Assembly: GCA_951406725.2 (NCBI GenBank)
Contig: OX597825.1
Location: forward strand, 10,664,001-10,728,000
Length of the DNA: 64,000 nucleotides
Reading direction: 5' to 3'
Origin: Octopus vulgaris
Lineage: Eukaryota
The translations under genes and the position numbers were made by a program. The notes under the pieces were generated by a model. That model saw nothing but the letters and a program-made list of their open reading frames with translations. It did not search any database and was not told where the DNA came from. Below are positions 13,464 to 27,436 of this stretch, in pieces; the stretch's first letter is position 1; the number at the start of each line of letters is the position of its first letter.

Positions 13464-14311
13464 CATTCTTCTGGAATTTCCTTCCTGTCAATGTTTCTTC
13501 TACAGATGACCATCTGCAGCCATTCAACCACATCGATTTGGCTGCTATTGAAAGAATTGCAAAGGCTATGGGACCAGACCTTTCACCAGATCAGACCCTA
13601 AAACTAACCAATGACTGACTCCAAGTTTACAATCCATTCTGCACAATTCTGTTTGTTTACCGCAATAGCCTTACTGCACACAACTCATAGTAAAACAATA
13701 CAATAATTAGAATAGAAATTTCATAAGCGTCAACACAAAAAAATTCAGTCATTTTCAGCAGTGAATGTTACCAAAAACTGTTTCCTTTTATAACAGAAAT
13801 TTATGCAGATAACAATACACTGTTTTAGGCAACTTATTTCCTCAACAATATCCTAAATATTCCAGTGTCCACAAATTAAGTACCAGTTGAACACTAGGGT
13901 CAATGTATTTGTTTTATCGTCGAGTGGCCTGTTGATCTGGAGTTTCAACTGCATGCAAGTGCCTTTTCAGACAACTCAGACGCAGCCCTGTCTACCTTGT
14001 CTCAAGAGGCAGTCATGCTAAGAAAGCTCCAGGGTACTAGACCAGCTCAAACTTACTGCACTCTATATTTGTATTGAGTGCTTCTCCAGATCATTGCCCA
14101 GCAACAGTGTGTGTGTGTGTGTATATATATACACATATACACATATATATATACACATATATATATATATATATATTGATATACAGTATTTAATCATATC
14201 AAAGGGAAATGGAATTTAATTAAAATTAAAAACATTCAATTAAAATTTACATTTCCAGTGGTCTAACACGTAAAAAAATTTTAGTCAAAAAGACTATATT
14301 ATTAGTCATAC

Positions 14312-14573
14312 GATATAGTGTATATTTAAACACAGAGAATTCACTTACAGGGATTCTACGCATTAGAAAGAACAGCTAAGTTGTATGACCACAAAAAACG
14401 ATGATTAGAAACCAATTGGTCCAGGAAACTAGATGGTAAATGTTTTTCATTTCCAAATTGATTCCTGTCGAATTTTATCCCAAATTTTTTGTGGTCATAG
14501 AACTTAGCTGTTCTTTCTAATGCGTAGAAGCCCTATAAGTGGATTCTCTATGTCTTTAAATATACACTATATC
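14312..14573. repeat. Foldback with ~87-bp arms (14312-14398 and 14485-14573)
   Basis: GATATAGTGTATATTTAAA...ATGACCACAAAAAA against its reverse complement, few mismatches. Confidence 0.9.
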
Positions 14574-14957
14574 ATATATATACATACATATATACATACA
14601 TACACACATACATGCATATATATACATGCATATATACATACATACATATACGCATATACACATACATGTATACATATATGCATATACACATACATATATA
14701 CATACAAATATACAGAAAGAGATTGATTTATATTAAGGGGATTACTACACGTCTCACGCTAGGAGGGACTCAAAGTCAAAACTACCTTAAACACATTTTG
14801 TACCGAACACGAGGGAATGCAACTCTCAAAGTGACCCTTTTAAAAACAGATTCAGCAGCAAATCATATGATTTCATAATTAGTGCACAAAATGCACTTTT
14901 TAATCGTCAGTGCATGCATAATCAAGACAAGTAAAAATGAACAAAAAAAAAAATCGA

Positions 14958-15342
14958 CTGGCTGTGTGGTAAGTAGCTTGCTAACCAACCACATGGTTCT
15001 GGGTTCAGTCCCACTGCGTGGCATCTTGGGCAAATGTCTTCTGCTATAGCCCCGGGCCGACCAATGCCTTGTGAGTGGATTTGGTAGACGGAAACTGAAA
15101 AAGCCTGTCGTATATATGTATATATATGTATGTATGTGTATGTGTTTGTACCCCTAGCATTGCTTGACAACCGATGCTGGTGTGTTTACGTCCCCGTCAC
15201 TTAGCGGTTCGGCAAAAGAGACCAATAGAATAAGTACTGGGCTTACAAAGAATAAGTCCCGGGGTTGATTTGCTCGACTAAAGGCGGTGCTCCAGCATGG
15301 CCGCAGTCAAATGACTGAAACATGTAAAAGAGTAAAAGAGAG
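14958..15342 (+). mobile_element. CORE-type tRNA SINE with internal (TA/TG)n and CR1-like tail; copies 17759-18152, 22921-23280, 26377-26690, 27217-27648, 29922-30290, 36636-36890, 52472-52640 (+) and 9498-9695, 34665-34855 (-)
   Basis: TGGCTGTGTGG A box, GGTTCAGTCCC B box, CORE-like GGCA(C/T)CTTGGGCAAGTGTCTT, tail GGCGGTGCTCCAGCATGGCCGCAGTCAAATGACTGAAAC plus GTAAAAGA repeats. Confidence 0.9.
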
Positions 15343-16873
15343 TATACCAGATGAACATCAAAATGTATCCAACATAGCACATAGAATTGTTCAGAATTAT
15401 GTATCTATGTAAAAGGCAGGCTTTTTGAATTACATCTCAGTACACGTGTTTATTCAGAATAAAATTCAGTACTGAATTATTAGGCCCACATATTCTACCC
15501 AATATATGTTCAAATGGGCCAGATTCAGCCTCTCACACTAACCCAACATTGTCCTTCTAAACATAAAGTCACATCCTTGAAATCTTGCAGCTACAAAATA
15601 ATGCACGATTAATTCATAACAATGTGCGGGTGGCACGTAAAAAGCACCCACTACACTCAGAGTGGTTGGCGTTAGGAAGGGCATCCAGCTATAGAAACAA
15701 TGCCAGATCAGACTGGAGCCGCCTTCTGGCTTCCCAGATCCCTGGTCGAACCGTCCAACCCATGCTAGCATGGAGAACGGACGTTAAATGATGATGATGA
15801 TGAATGTGAATAAGCAAGCATTACATTTGGCGAGTAATCTGAATGCTCAAGGGTTCCACGACACAGGGCACCATGGCATGGCCCAAGAACTACTGAACCT
15901 AGAATAGAAACTGGTTAGCCTTGACAGAAGACCAACACAATGCATCTTGTGATTTCCAAAAGAAGGTTAACTAAAAGAAAAAGAAGAAAACAAAGGAACG
16001 ACACCATTTATAGCAATGAAAGTATATCAGTTTTATTATGTAAAAAATGGTTGTTCTACAAATTACTTCAATATTCCTTTTTAAATGCAAGGCTTATTTA
16101 CAAAATTCCCTTCAGATTCTGAATTTTAGAAAATGGTTATGTTAGATATAAATTCTTCCAATAAATGAAAAAAATCAACTGGTGTCAATTTTGGTTAAAG
16201 AAAACAGGGTTTTTTTTTTTTAAATACATTTTGTCCTTTTATATCAAAAGATTAAAGTCATTTCATTCCAAAGGAGGGGCTGGAGGTGTTTTGCCAATTA
16301 CACAGTGTAACAAAATTTTTATCTTTTTTTTTGTCTGGGCAGTAAGAGTTATTTCCTGTTTGCTGCTTCTATCTAGAAATCAAAGGAAATGACTACCATT
16401 CCCTTCACCCTTTGCTTTTCTGACCTGAACATCAATGTTTTAAAACTGGCCTATTTTCCACAACATTTCAGTGCTGAGTTGCTGAAGCAGAAATATAGCA
16501 AATATTCTGCTCAATACCACAGTTGATTGACGTTAACCGCTCGAGTATGTCCCTCGGTGGATGACAAAATGTGCATCTCTGATGATGAGCAGTGGGGGGA
16601 GCTTCATAGCCATGTGTTGAGAGGGATTCTTTGGAGGTTTGAATAAATGTAACAAAAGCAAAATTTGAAGGTAATATTAGCCAATTTTCATACCATTTAG
16701 GGGTAAACAAATAGGAAATAACAAGGACATAAATTGTGTTACACAGTTATTTACACCAGTTCAATACTAGTTTGATAACAGTTCAATATCAGAACTGATA
16801 CGTTAAGTAACAAATGTGATGGTAGAACATCACATCAACAGAAAAATTGTTTGGTTTTGTTTTTTTGATTTTT

Positions 16874-16942
16874 TTTAATCTTTAGACTAAAGTTTAATCT
16901 TTAGACTAAAGTTTAATCTTTAGACTAAAGTTTAATCTTTAG
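16874..16942. repeat. Perfect 19-bp tandem repeat x3.6 (TTTAATCTTTAGACTAAAG) in the presumed 3' UTR
   Basis: Units start at 16874, 16893, 16912 and 16931 (partial). Confidence 0.95.
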
Positions 16943-17104
16943 TCTTTCAGAAACAAATTAGTTACAAATTGCCGAACAGTGCACTACTGTGAATGCTGTT
17001 TAAGTTATTTAGCTCTGAACCACAGCTTCAAGAAAATGGTCAACAGTGGAAATATGGTTAAGTGTCATCCTTAGAATTCTTGTAACAGCTTTGAATCTCC
17101 AGAA

Positions 17105-17169
17105 TCAGCTTTCCACCTGCGGACTTTTCAATTCGGTTGATTCTTTGGCAACTCCTTCGAGAATTGTAT
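17105..17169 (-). CDS. Kelch gene last coding exon (DTILEGVAKESTELKSPQVES*)
   Basis: Strong pyrimidine tract plus CTCTTCAG|; phase 1 matches exon 8; TGA at 17107-17105. Confidence 0.75.
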
Positions 17170-17902
17170 CTGAAGAGAAGCAGTAAAAAAAAAAAAAAAA
17201 AAAATTCGTATACAGACAATAACAACACAGCAAACAACTACAGAGCTTCTAAGAAGTCTCTGAATGTGCTAGAAATAACAGTCAAACTTAATTACATCCA
17301 AAAGTCAAACTATGTTTTCTCAAATATGATGGTCATGGCTGGAACAACAACCAGTAAGTCTACTCAGTCAAGGAAGACCTGGAGCCAGACAACTGTCATC
17401 ATAAGTTGAGGGATCCTGTACAAGGTTATTCGAGTTGCAAGAAACAACAGCCAAAGCTCCCTCAAAAACTACACTTTAAAGAAAGGCTGGTTATTTAATG
17501 CAGTCCTAGACTGAATGGAAGAGATGGATTGTCATTCATCATAGAATTTCAAAAATGGCACTAGAAACTGCCAGATCAAATTAGAGCCTTGTGCAGCCAT
17601 CTGGTTTGCCAAACCTCAGTCAAATCGTCCAACCCATGCCAGCATGGAAAGCAGACGTTAAACGAGGATGATGATGACATCATTGAACTCTCAAAGCTAC
17701 GAGACAATGCAGGTGCAATTCAAAATAATGTGGATATATAAACATTATATATAAACATAGGCGCAGGAGTGGCTGTGTGGTAAGTAGCTTGTTTACCAAC
17801 CACATGGTTCCGGGTTCAGTCCCACTGCGTGGCACCTCGGGCCGGCCAAAGCCTTGTGAGTGGATTTGGTAGACGGAAACTGAAAGAAGCCCATCGTATA
17901 TA

Positions 17903-17942
<40 letters not shown>

Positions 17943-20900
17943 TTTGTGTGTCTGTCCCCCTAGCATTGCTTGACAACCGATGCTGGTGTGTTTATGTCCT
18001 CGTTACTTAGCGGTTCGGCAAAAGAGACCGATAGAATAAGTACTGGGCTTACAAAAGAATAAGTCCCGGGGTAGAGTTGCTCGATTAAAAGGTGGTGCTC
18101 CAGCATGGCCGCAGTCAAATGACTGAAACAAGTAAAAGAGTAAGAGAGAGAGAGTATTACATTTGACAGAGGAATCTGAACCTTAAGGGTCAACAATTTT
18201 AGGGACTAAGACTGGAGATAAACAACAACAAAGCTGATTGAATAAAGGAATCAAAAGGGTTTACCTATTTTTGCAACATATGTGTCAGTGAAGTGTTTCT
18301 GGCATTGCATCAAGGTGGTATCAAATTGAGACGAGCCTCCATGGACCACTAACACGTCACCACACACGACTACTGAATGCTGGCCCCGAGCAGACGGGAT
18401 ATCACCAAACACGGTCGGCTGTAACCAGTGGTTCTTTTCTGAAATGGAAACCAAAGCAATTAAATTGTTATGTCATCATCTTACTATAATGTCCGTCTGT
18501 GTGTCTGTGCCCTATTCACAGTCAAATGGCAGGACCAATGGTCACAATGTTTTTCAGGATTATGAAGAAGGAAATCCGGAAGGTTTTTAGCGAAAAAAAA
18601 TGTGAAAAAGTATGATTACCATATTTGCCACACCCCTGATTTTCAGTCCCCGATGGGGGAAATAAATGGGAGGATACCAGAAATAACTGGGGCTAATGGA
18701 AAGGGAGAAATGTAGGATGAATACAAACTTCAGTTTCATGATGATTTCATATTTAACCCTTTTATTACTGCATTTATTTTGAGATGCTCTGTGTTTCTTT
18801 CAATTAATTGTAAATATAACAAAGAATTTAGTAAAATAACTTAGTTATCATTCAACTAGTGTTAGGAACATAAATTGTGACTAAGATTTAGCGGAAGATT
18901 TTGATTCAAAACTTATGAAAACAAGACATTTGTATTCAGAGCCAGAGCCGGTTTCAGCCGGGTTGGTAACGAAATGGTTAAACATTTCCAACTGCAATCA
19001 TTGATATTCATAATTATTAAAAGAAAAAGTCCAGGTTTTAAATGCAAGAGATAAGAAGAGAATGTCTTTTTATTATGTGTGTTTATATAATTTTTTCATA
19101 TTGTGACCTATATATTCCTTCTTGAAAATGTGTGGTCCTAACAAGGACCGGCCCTAATGAGTAGAGACTTCACTCAAAGCCTAAGAACTCTTCGTCGTCA
19201 GACAACCCATTGAAGATCTCATAGAGTTGATCGTCAGCATAGGCCAGTTCATCTTTGTCATCACTGGAGTCAGAATAGTCAGGAGAGTCGGAAGAGAGCC
19301 ATCATCATCTTCCCACAAGATGTCATTTTCTGTGCTATCAAGTGCACTGGATATGCAGCACTTCAGAAAAGCCCACTTGATGATGTCTTCTGGAATCTCC
19401 TCCCAGACTTTCAGGATCCACTTGCAGATTGTCCCCAAGTCAACTTTCTTCATGCACCTGGTCTTTACCATCTCCTTCAGTGCATTGGTCATCCAATCCT
19501 CCCAGCTGTGTTTGAGACGGTCCTTAAACGGTTTGTTGATTGTAACATCAAAGAGTTGAAGACAGGATGCCATTCCCCACCCTGGGGATCATTGCCAAGT
19601 CGGTGTTAAGACAATATATCTTCGCCTTGGTTTCTTCTGACTTGTGGCATCTAAATGCGTCCAGAACCAGGAGACTCCTCTGATGCAGTCCACTGATGCC
19701 TCACCCCCACACTATCTGAAGCCAGCCCACGATGAGTGCCCGATCCATCAAGCCTTTCATTAGGGCTCAAACGTCCCTTTTCTACAGGGCTGCAGCACCA
19801 TCAAAGCAGAGGCTGCAACTGAGACGACACCTGTGCATGTTGGCTTGAAATGTGTAATGTTAAAGGTGTGACAGACAAAATGGACAATGATACTGAAATA
19901 AGAATATTTAAACAGTCTTCTTTACTAATTTTAATAGCAAGAATTGTAAGGGGGTTTTAGACCGACTTTTCCTTGTACCCGGGTATAAACCGCACCCCCT
20001 TTTTCCTGGATTTTCTCGTCTGAAAAAAGTTCAGTTAATACACTGGCAAATATTGTATTTAGTGGATGTTGAGGGTAAATGTTCAGTTTACGGGGGTAAA
20101 AAAAAGTAAATTAAGGGGGAGATAACTAATAAAAACAAAGGAAAGTCGACTTGTGTCTGTGCCTGTTCCTTTTCACAGTCAAACGGCGGGACCAATGGTC
20201 ACAATGTTTTTCAGGATTATGAAGGAGGTAATCAGGAAAAAAAATGTGAAAAAGTATGATTATTTAGTGAATATTGAGTTTTGTATAAATAAATCACCTT
20301 TGATTTTTTTTCTTTTCTTTTTATTTTTTGTTAAAATTCCAGCAACGAGGATTAACTCTGGATTTCCCCACCGTATAGTTTGTGAATTTAGAGGGCTTAC
20401 ACTTGCAATACTATCCCTTTATTTCCCATCGTAGCTGGGCAGATTCCTAAAGATTCCACTCGCACATTCACAGCAAATAAGGCACAGAGCTAGACTTAAG
20501 ATTGTGTAGGTGTATTTTTACCCACTCTGATGTTTACACAGGGCCAGTTTATATGTCGCTATGAGTAAAGCAACAGACTCCAGTAATTTTTATATTAGTG
20601 TCGCCCAAACAGAAAATATTGTCTACAATGAAGTTTTGTAATCATATTGATATTATCCAAAAGGAATAATGATTACAAAACTTCTTTGTAGACGATATGA
20701 TTCATAATTTAAATAAGGGAATTTGTGAACTTTGAATGTATGAGAGTATAAACAAGCGTAAATTAGTGTAAACAGCTGAAATAAAGGTATATCTATATAA
20801 CATTTCTTTTTAATACTTTTTATATATTGAGGTTGAAAGAATCTCCTGCTTTCGTTAGGAGTGGTCCACATAACCATTCATAATACAGAGGCTGGGAGCC

Positions 20901-23900
20901 TATTTCAGTTTGGGAGTGAATCGTCATCACATGTCATATGGCTGCAATAGAATGCTGTATCACCAACAATAATGGGATTTCTCAAAGACACCACACAGTA
21001 ATCTATCAAGTCCATTTACACATTTCTCAACACATACTGCCGTTATGACTTCCCTCCCTCATTTTATGCCTCCATCGTATATGGGTAGATTTGTGGGTGT
21101 CACTAGTTACTAAATTCTTCATTGATCCTTCCATTGATTTTTAATCTTTCTAATCGCTCAAAAACACCAGCCACACAGATATAGTTAAGTGGCTGTTAAT
21201 GTGTTCAACAAAATTGGAAATATTTTAGTTGGTATGAAAAGTCTTAAAACAAAGACAAATCAATATTTAAATATTTGTTTAAAAGCAAAAATTTCATTGA
21301 AATTTAAATTATTTTTATCTGAAGCGAAAATAATTGCGAAAGTATTTAGCACGAGTAAGGAACTGAGAATTTTCGAGTTGGTCTGCAGTATTTTGGATGT
21401 GAACTCGTGTGTTAAGAGTTACTCCCCCTTTACTGTGCCAAACTTCGATTTTTTTTTATTTGTCTTGTCATCCTGCTAAATTTTTTGATGGGGACTAGGA
21501 AAAAATTAATTAGCTCTACTTATACCGAATATAATAATTTGTATACATTTCTTCAGCCCCAATAATAATTTAAACTTAAAACTCAGGGAAGAAAAAATAA
21601 ATGAGCAGCAGTTCACCAGAATACCTTTAATAAAATTATCAAAAATAGTTTGAGGAAAACCCTTTTTGAAAAAATCCAAAAAACCTGAACTTACCCAAAT
21701 CTAAAATGTGCATATCAGCAAAATGGCTTTCAGACTGGCCCCTACCACCCATCACGGCCATACGGTCACCGATCATCACAGCTGCGTGGTAGGAACGAGC
21801 AGCTGGGTTGCGGCCCTTTAGATTGTCAAGTGGCGACCATTTTCTGGTGTCTGAAATTGAAAAAAAATATCAATAAATAAATAACAAGACACATTCGAAG
21901 CAGATTTCACAAGAAAGATTAAAGAATAACGAACTAATTGGTTTAATCAAGCAACAAACAGAAGGCATCCAAGATCATCTACGACCACTCCATCAAACTA
22001 ATAAAGGACGCGGTTCTATATTTCATTCTATTTACTGAATGCAACAGTTATATTTCAAAAGAAATATTCCAACAGCCACATTTCAAACCATTTTTAAAAC
22101 AAAAACAAGGAATTCTTGGGAGCCTCTTCACAAACTTTGGTTTTGTTCATTCCTGTTTTAACATCAATTCTTTCCTTTAGTTGGAAATGATCTCTCATGT
22201 AAACTATTCTTTACTATTTGTAAAATCTCCCAACAAGCGATATTCAGCAACAGTACTCTACAGTAAAGACTATTTCAAAGACTGCTGCACATAAAAGATC
22301 ATATTTATATCTCTAAATCCAGCCGTCACACATCTCCACCCCTACCCCCACCACAATTTCAAGGAATAAAAACCAAATGACCAGCAGAATTTGAACCCAG
22401 ATCGGTGAAGTATCTATTCTACAACAGAACACCCTCATCTGAACTATTTACACTAATTAAACTTACTGCCAGCACCTTGACTCCAATGGCTTCCTAGTCA
22501 TTCACAAACACAAAAACTTAACTTCATTCAAGTACTTATTAGTACGAAGATTTTTGCTGCACCAACTGCAACCTGGTCATTTGTATTATTCCACTGCACC
22601 TGGCTTGTGATGAAGTTGTTTGTTGGTAATATAGGCTCAAAAGACTATGAACCACTTGTCCTATGTAGGTCAACCGTTCTGGTTGGACGCTCGTAATTGG
22701 TCAGTTAACTCAGTATTTGGTTGCATTCCACATTCTCTTCTTTTCCTTTGGCATTGTATACAATAAGTTAGGAGGTCAATCTACTGACTCACCGGAACTG
22801 CAGCGATGACTAATTGCAATCGGTGCAAAATTCTGACAGATAATGTTTCAGTTAACAATTTGTGTTTCTAAATGGTTGAATGTATCTTCCACACTGCAAT
22901 CATTTTAGTTTCAACAGTCTAGGAGTGGTTATGTGCTAAGCAGCTTGCTTAGCAACCACATGGTTCCAGGTTCAGTCCCACTATGTGGCATCTTGGGCAA
23001 GTGTCTTCTACTATAGCCTTAGGCTGACCAAAGCCTTGTGAGCAGATTTGGTAGACGGAAACTGAAAGAAGCCCGTCGCATATGTGTGTGTGTGTCTCCC
23101 CCAACATTGCTCGACAACTGATGCTGCTGTGTTTACGCCCCCATAACTTAGTGGTTCAGCAAAAGAGACTGATGGAATAAGTACTAGGCTTACAAAGAAT
23201 AAGTCCTGGGATCGATTTGCTCAATTAAAGGCGGTGCTCCAGCATGGCCACAGTCAAATGACTGAAACAAGTAAAAGAGCAGAATCTCAGATCAACTCAC
23301 TTGGCTGGCAAGTAAATCTCTCAACTTCCAAGTCAGAGGCCTGTTCTCCACCCCCCCACTTTTCTTTTTAAAGCTTAAACCTTTAGTGTTTAAACCAGCC
23401 ATAATATTCTGCTTTATCATCAAACTGGTCAGATATGGTGATTCATAGCTACATTGCAGTGTCATTTTAAAAATAAACAATCACATCATTGAAATCATCA
23501 AAGCCACACAAAATTTACATTTGACAGAATAATTTGAATGCTAAAGGGTTAATGACCGATTAGAACCAGATTCCATCCATCATACCTTACAAAAATGTCC
23601 AAAACATGTATCATCATTTAACAGGTTTCCTATGGGTTGGACAGTTTTTAACAGTAGCTGGCCTGCTGGAGGGCTGCACCAGGCACAAGACATCCGTTTT
23701 GGTATGATTTCTACATCTGGATGCCCTATGGTCAACCACTTTACAGAGTGCAATAGGTGCCTCTTACATGGCACTAGTAAGCATGCCTTCTACATGTAAA
23801 CAGCATGCATGCCTCTTACGTAGCATGCATCTTAATTAAATTTAATTAGTTTCTGCCATGTTATAAATCTGTTCAAGCAGTCTCATTATGAAAACTAAAA

Positions 23901-26900
23901 CAGCAAATTCATTAAGGATTTTCATTGGAAATCAAACAATGCCTGGAAATAATTCCAAAGAAGCAAATTGAACAGAACAGCAGAGGACCAGGCTACAGGT
24001 TTTACTCTATTCAGAACCATATTTCACTCATCTAAATTCTAATATCATTGAGCTTAACTATTTTAACTCTCAACCAAAAGCCAATAATAAACTACTAGTT
24101 AAATACCAGTTAATTTGATCACTCCTAAATAAACCAAATCAAATCAAATACTCAGGAGGATTCAACCACAATCAAAAGTCCTCCTCTTACAAATTAGTGA
24201 TTTCTTAGTGTTACAAGACCACAAAGTTGAAAAATATCAACTTCACCACAAAATACAATATCAAATCACTGCAGGCTTCACAAGGTCATTCTATTGAACC
24301 ATTGCAATCTTCTAAAACACTTCTGAATGCTTACAAGCTGTGCATAGCTACACATACTATCTATTTACAGCTGCAAGTCAACAAGGAAGTATCTATAAGC
24401 TAAAAATAGCAACCAACTAACACTTTAAATCACATCCCACTGTCTTAGACAAAATAAAGAGGGGTCAGCAATAATGTCACAAAATGGGATATTCATAGCT
24501 AGAATGTCTAATGTCTGCTTATTTAGGGCTGGCCTAGAGTCAAACAACCTATCTACAGATAAAAAAAAAAAGATGTCTTGACCTTAACAAGACAGGAACA
24601 TAAAAACCTTGCAATTGTTAGATTATTATTTTAACCTTTTAGCATTTAAACTGGTTAGGTCCAGCACAAATATTCTACCAATTTTATGTTCAAAATAGCT
24701 AGATGTAGCCTCTTACACTCACCCTACAATGTCATTCTAAAAATGAACAGCCACATCAATAAAATGAAATCTCAAGAGCTAAGAGATAATGCATGATTAA
24801 TTTAAAACAATGAATAAACAAACACTACATTTTACAGAGTAATCTAAATGCTAAACAGTTAATCCAGTGGCCCACAAACAGTGTACCACAAGGGAAGGCA
24901 CACCAGGGATTCTAAAGTTATCATTTGAAGTTTTAATTACAGTATACAAATAATTTATATTTTCTCTAAATTATTAACTTTAATGTGGCCATATCTGGCC
25001 CAAATATTTTGCCTGCTTTATCTTAACTAACCAGATCCAACCTCTCACATTTATCCTACAATGTCATCATCGTTTAACGTCTGCTTTCCATGCTAGCATG
25101 GGTTGGATGATTTGACTGAGGACTGGAAAACCAGATGGCTGCACTAGGTTCCAATCTTGATCTGGCAGAGTTTCTGCAGCTGGATGCTCTTCCTAATGCC
25201 AACCACTCCGAGAGTAGTGGGTGCTTTTATGTGCCACCAGCATGAGAGCCAGTCAAGCGGTACTGGCAACGGCCACGAAAAACATCGTTTTTTTTTTTTG
25301 TTTTGTTAAATTCTAAATATATGCAATATAAATTGTATTTTAATATATCATTGAAATTTTAAAGCTATGACAATAATTAATTCTAAACAATGTCAATAAT
25401 AAGAATTACATTTGACAAAGCAATAATCTGAATGCTAAAGGGTTAAAACAGTTTAATTTTAACTGCTTATGCATCATCTGGTAGTGGTTGCCGGGTCTAT
25501 AGACAAAGGCTTCAGAACTTGTGTGATTCAAGTCAATGGCCTCATAAGTTCCTCTGTCCAGCTTCATACCAGTATCACCACTGGTCACCAAAACTGCATG
25601 TCCTCTATGCTGCTTCCTATGGCTTCACCTGTAACCCTAAGCCATGTGACTATTGGGTATGATATTTTGCTAAAGGGCAGCCTATGTTTAGTGTGAACTG
25701 ACATATTGATAACCCCTACTACCTAGGTAGACAGATGAGCTTCCTCTACCATCAAAAAACCTGTAAACTAGAAATTTGATCACCAGTATGTCCAAAGGCC
25801 AAAAGATTTGGGATCTTTGTTCCAGTGTTAAGATGAGGAATTAATTTATACAGTAAAGAGAAGGCTGTAAATCAAGATTTTGGTAAACAGAGGTTGGAAC
25901 CAAGCTAATATGGTTTCCAGTAACAACTAATCTGCGAGCCCCAGTGAGGTGCCAGAAGACATTACTGTATCCCTCTCCCTCACACATACGCACGCACAGA
26001 TGACAGTCAAGTTGACTGTAGTGAGATTTGAACTCAGAACACAAAGAGCCACAACAAATACAAGATATTGGCACTTAGTGGTGTTGGTGGTATCTTTAGT
26101 GAAAGCACCAATCCTTCCGGACTACTACGCAAATGGACATATGTAGGTACATACGCATTTACATACCTACACACTTTATATGTATACTGGCACACATGTT
26201 AGGTACGCGCACACACTTCAGACCACACACACACACACACTTTAAATACAGCATCCAGCTGTAGACACATTGCCAGATCAGACTGGGGCCTGGTGCAGCC
26301 TTCTGGCTTCCCAGACCCCAGTTGAACCATCCAACCCATGCTAGCACGGAAAGTGGCCGTTAAACGATGATGATATGTGGCTATGTGGTAATAAGTTTGC
26401 TTGGTTCTGAGTTCAGTTGCACTGCACAACAACATAGGCAAGTGTCTACTATAGCCACGGGCTGAGCAAAGCCTTGGAAGTGGATTTGGTAGACAGAAAC
26501 TGAAAGAAGCAGATCATGCGTCTGTGTGTCCCACCACTGCCTGACAAACGGTGTTCATGTGTTTACATCCCCATAACTTAGCAGTTCAGCAAAAGTAACC
26601 AACAGAACAAGGACCAGGCATCAATTCATTCAACTTAAATTTCCTCAAGGTGGTGCCCCAGCATGGCCATGGTCTGATGACCAAGACAAAAAAAAAAAAA
26701 AAAAAAAAAACAAAGATGGCATGCTTTATGTATACATGGCGGTGCCCCAGCATGGCCACAGCTCGTGAGCTGAAACTAGAATCAATCAATCAATCATACA
26801 TAGATACACCCTTTACATACGGGTACACACACACGTGCACGCATACTTTGTCCACTTCCAACACATAATACTTTGTAAGGTTAAACACTCCACAGACACC

Positions 26901-27373
26901 AGATACAAGCGAAAGTACTTTCCAGAAGAAAATGTCAAGGCGTTCTGTAACGCAAACCATATTTACAGGCCAACTATCACACGTACGATGATGACATGTA
27001 CTTTAAAGCTGGAGGTCACACTAACCTGCTTTGTGTTCACTTGCCACCAACTACGACAAAACTGGCACAAATTTCAAAATAAAGCTGTCGCAACTATTTA
27101 CTTATTTGAATAAGTAAACCAAAACAAAGTTGTGCTTCACCCCCAATACGTAAGTATTTGTCAGTCAACAAAATGGCTTAAGGTATAAAAATAGAAAAAA
27201 AAAAAATTTTTTTTAAAGGAGTGGCTGTGTGGTAAGTAGCTTGCTTATGAACCACATGGTTCCGGGTTCAGTCCTACTGCGTGGCACCTTGGGCAAGTGT
27301 CTTCTACTATAGCCTCGGGTCGACCAAAGCCTTGTGAGTGGATTTGGTAGATGGAAACTGAAAGAAGCCCACA

Positions 27374-27436
<63 letters not shown>

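Larger units (their letters stand above)
18479..20345 (+). mobile_element. Helitron-like non-autonomous host element, internally duplicated and split by the pogo insertion
   Basis: A|TCTTACTATAATGTCCGTCTGTGTGTCTGT start; segment ~18498-18617 recurs at ~20152-20262. No CTAG 3' end seen. Confidence 0.45.

Noticed and set aside
19181-19573. Domesticated POGK-like host gene
   Set aside because: Frameshifted and deleted upstream, and bounded by transposon ends with a TA duplication.
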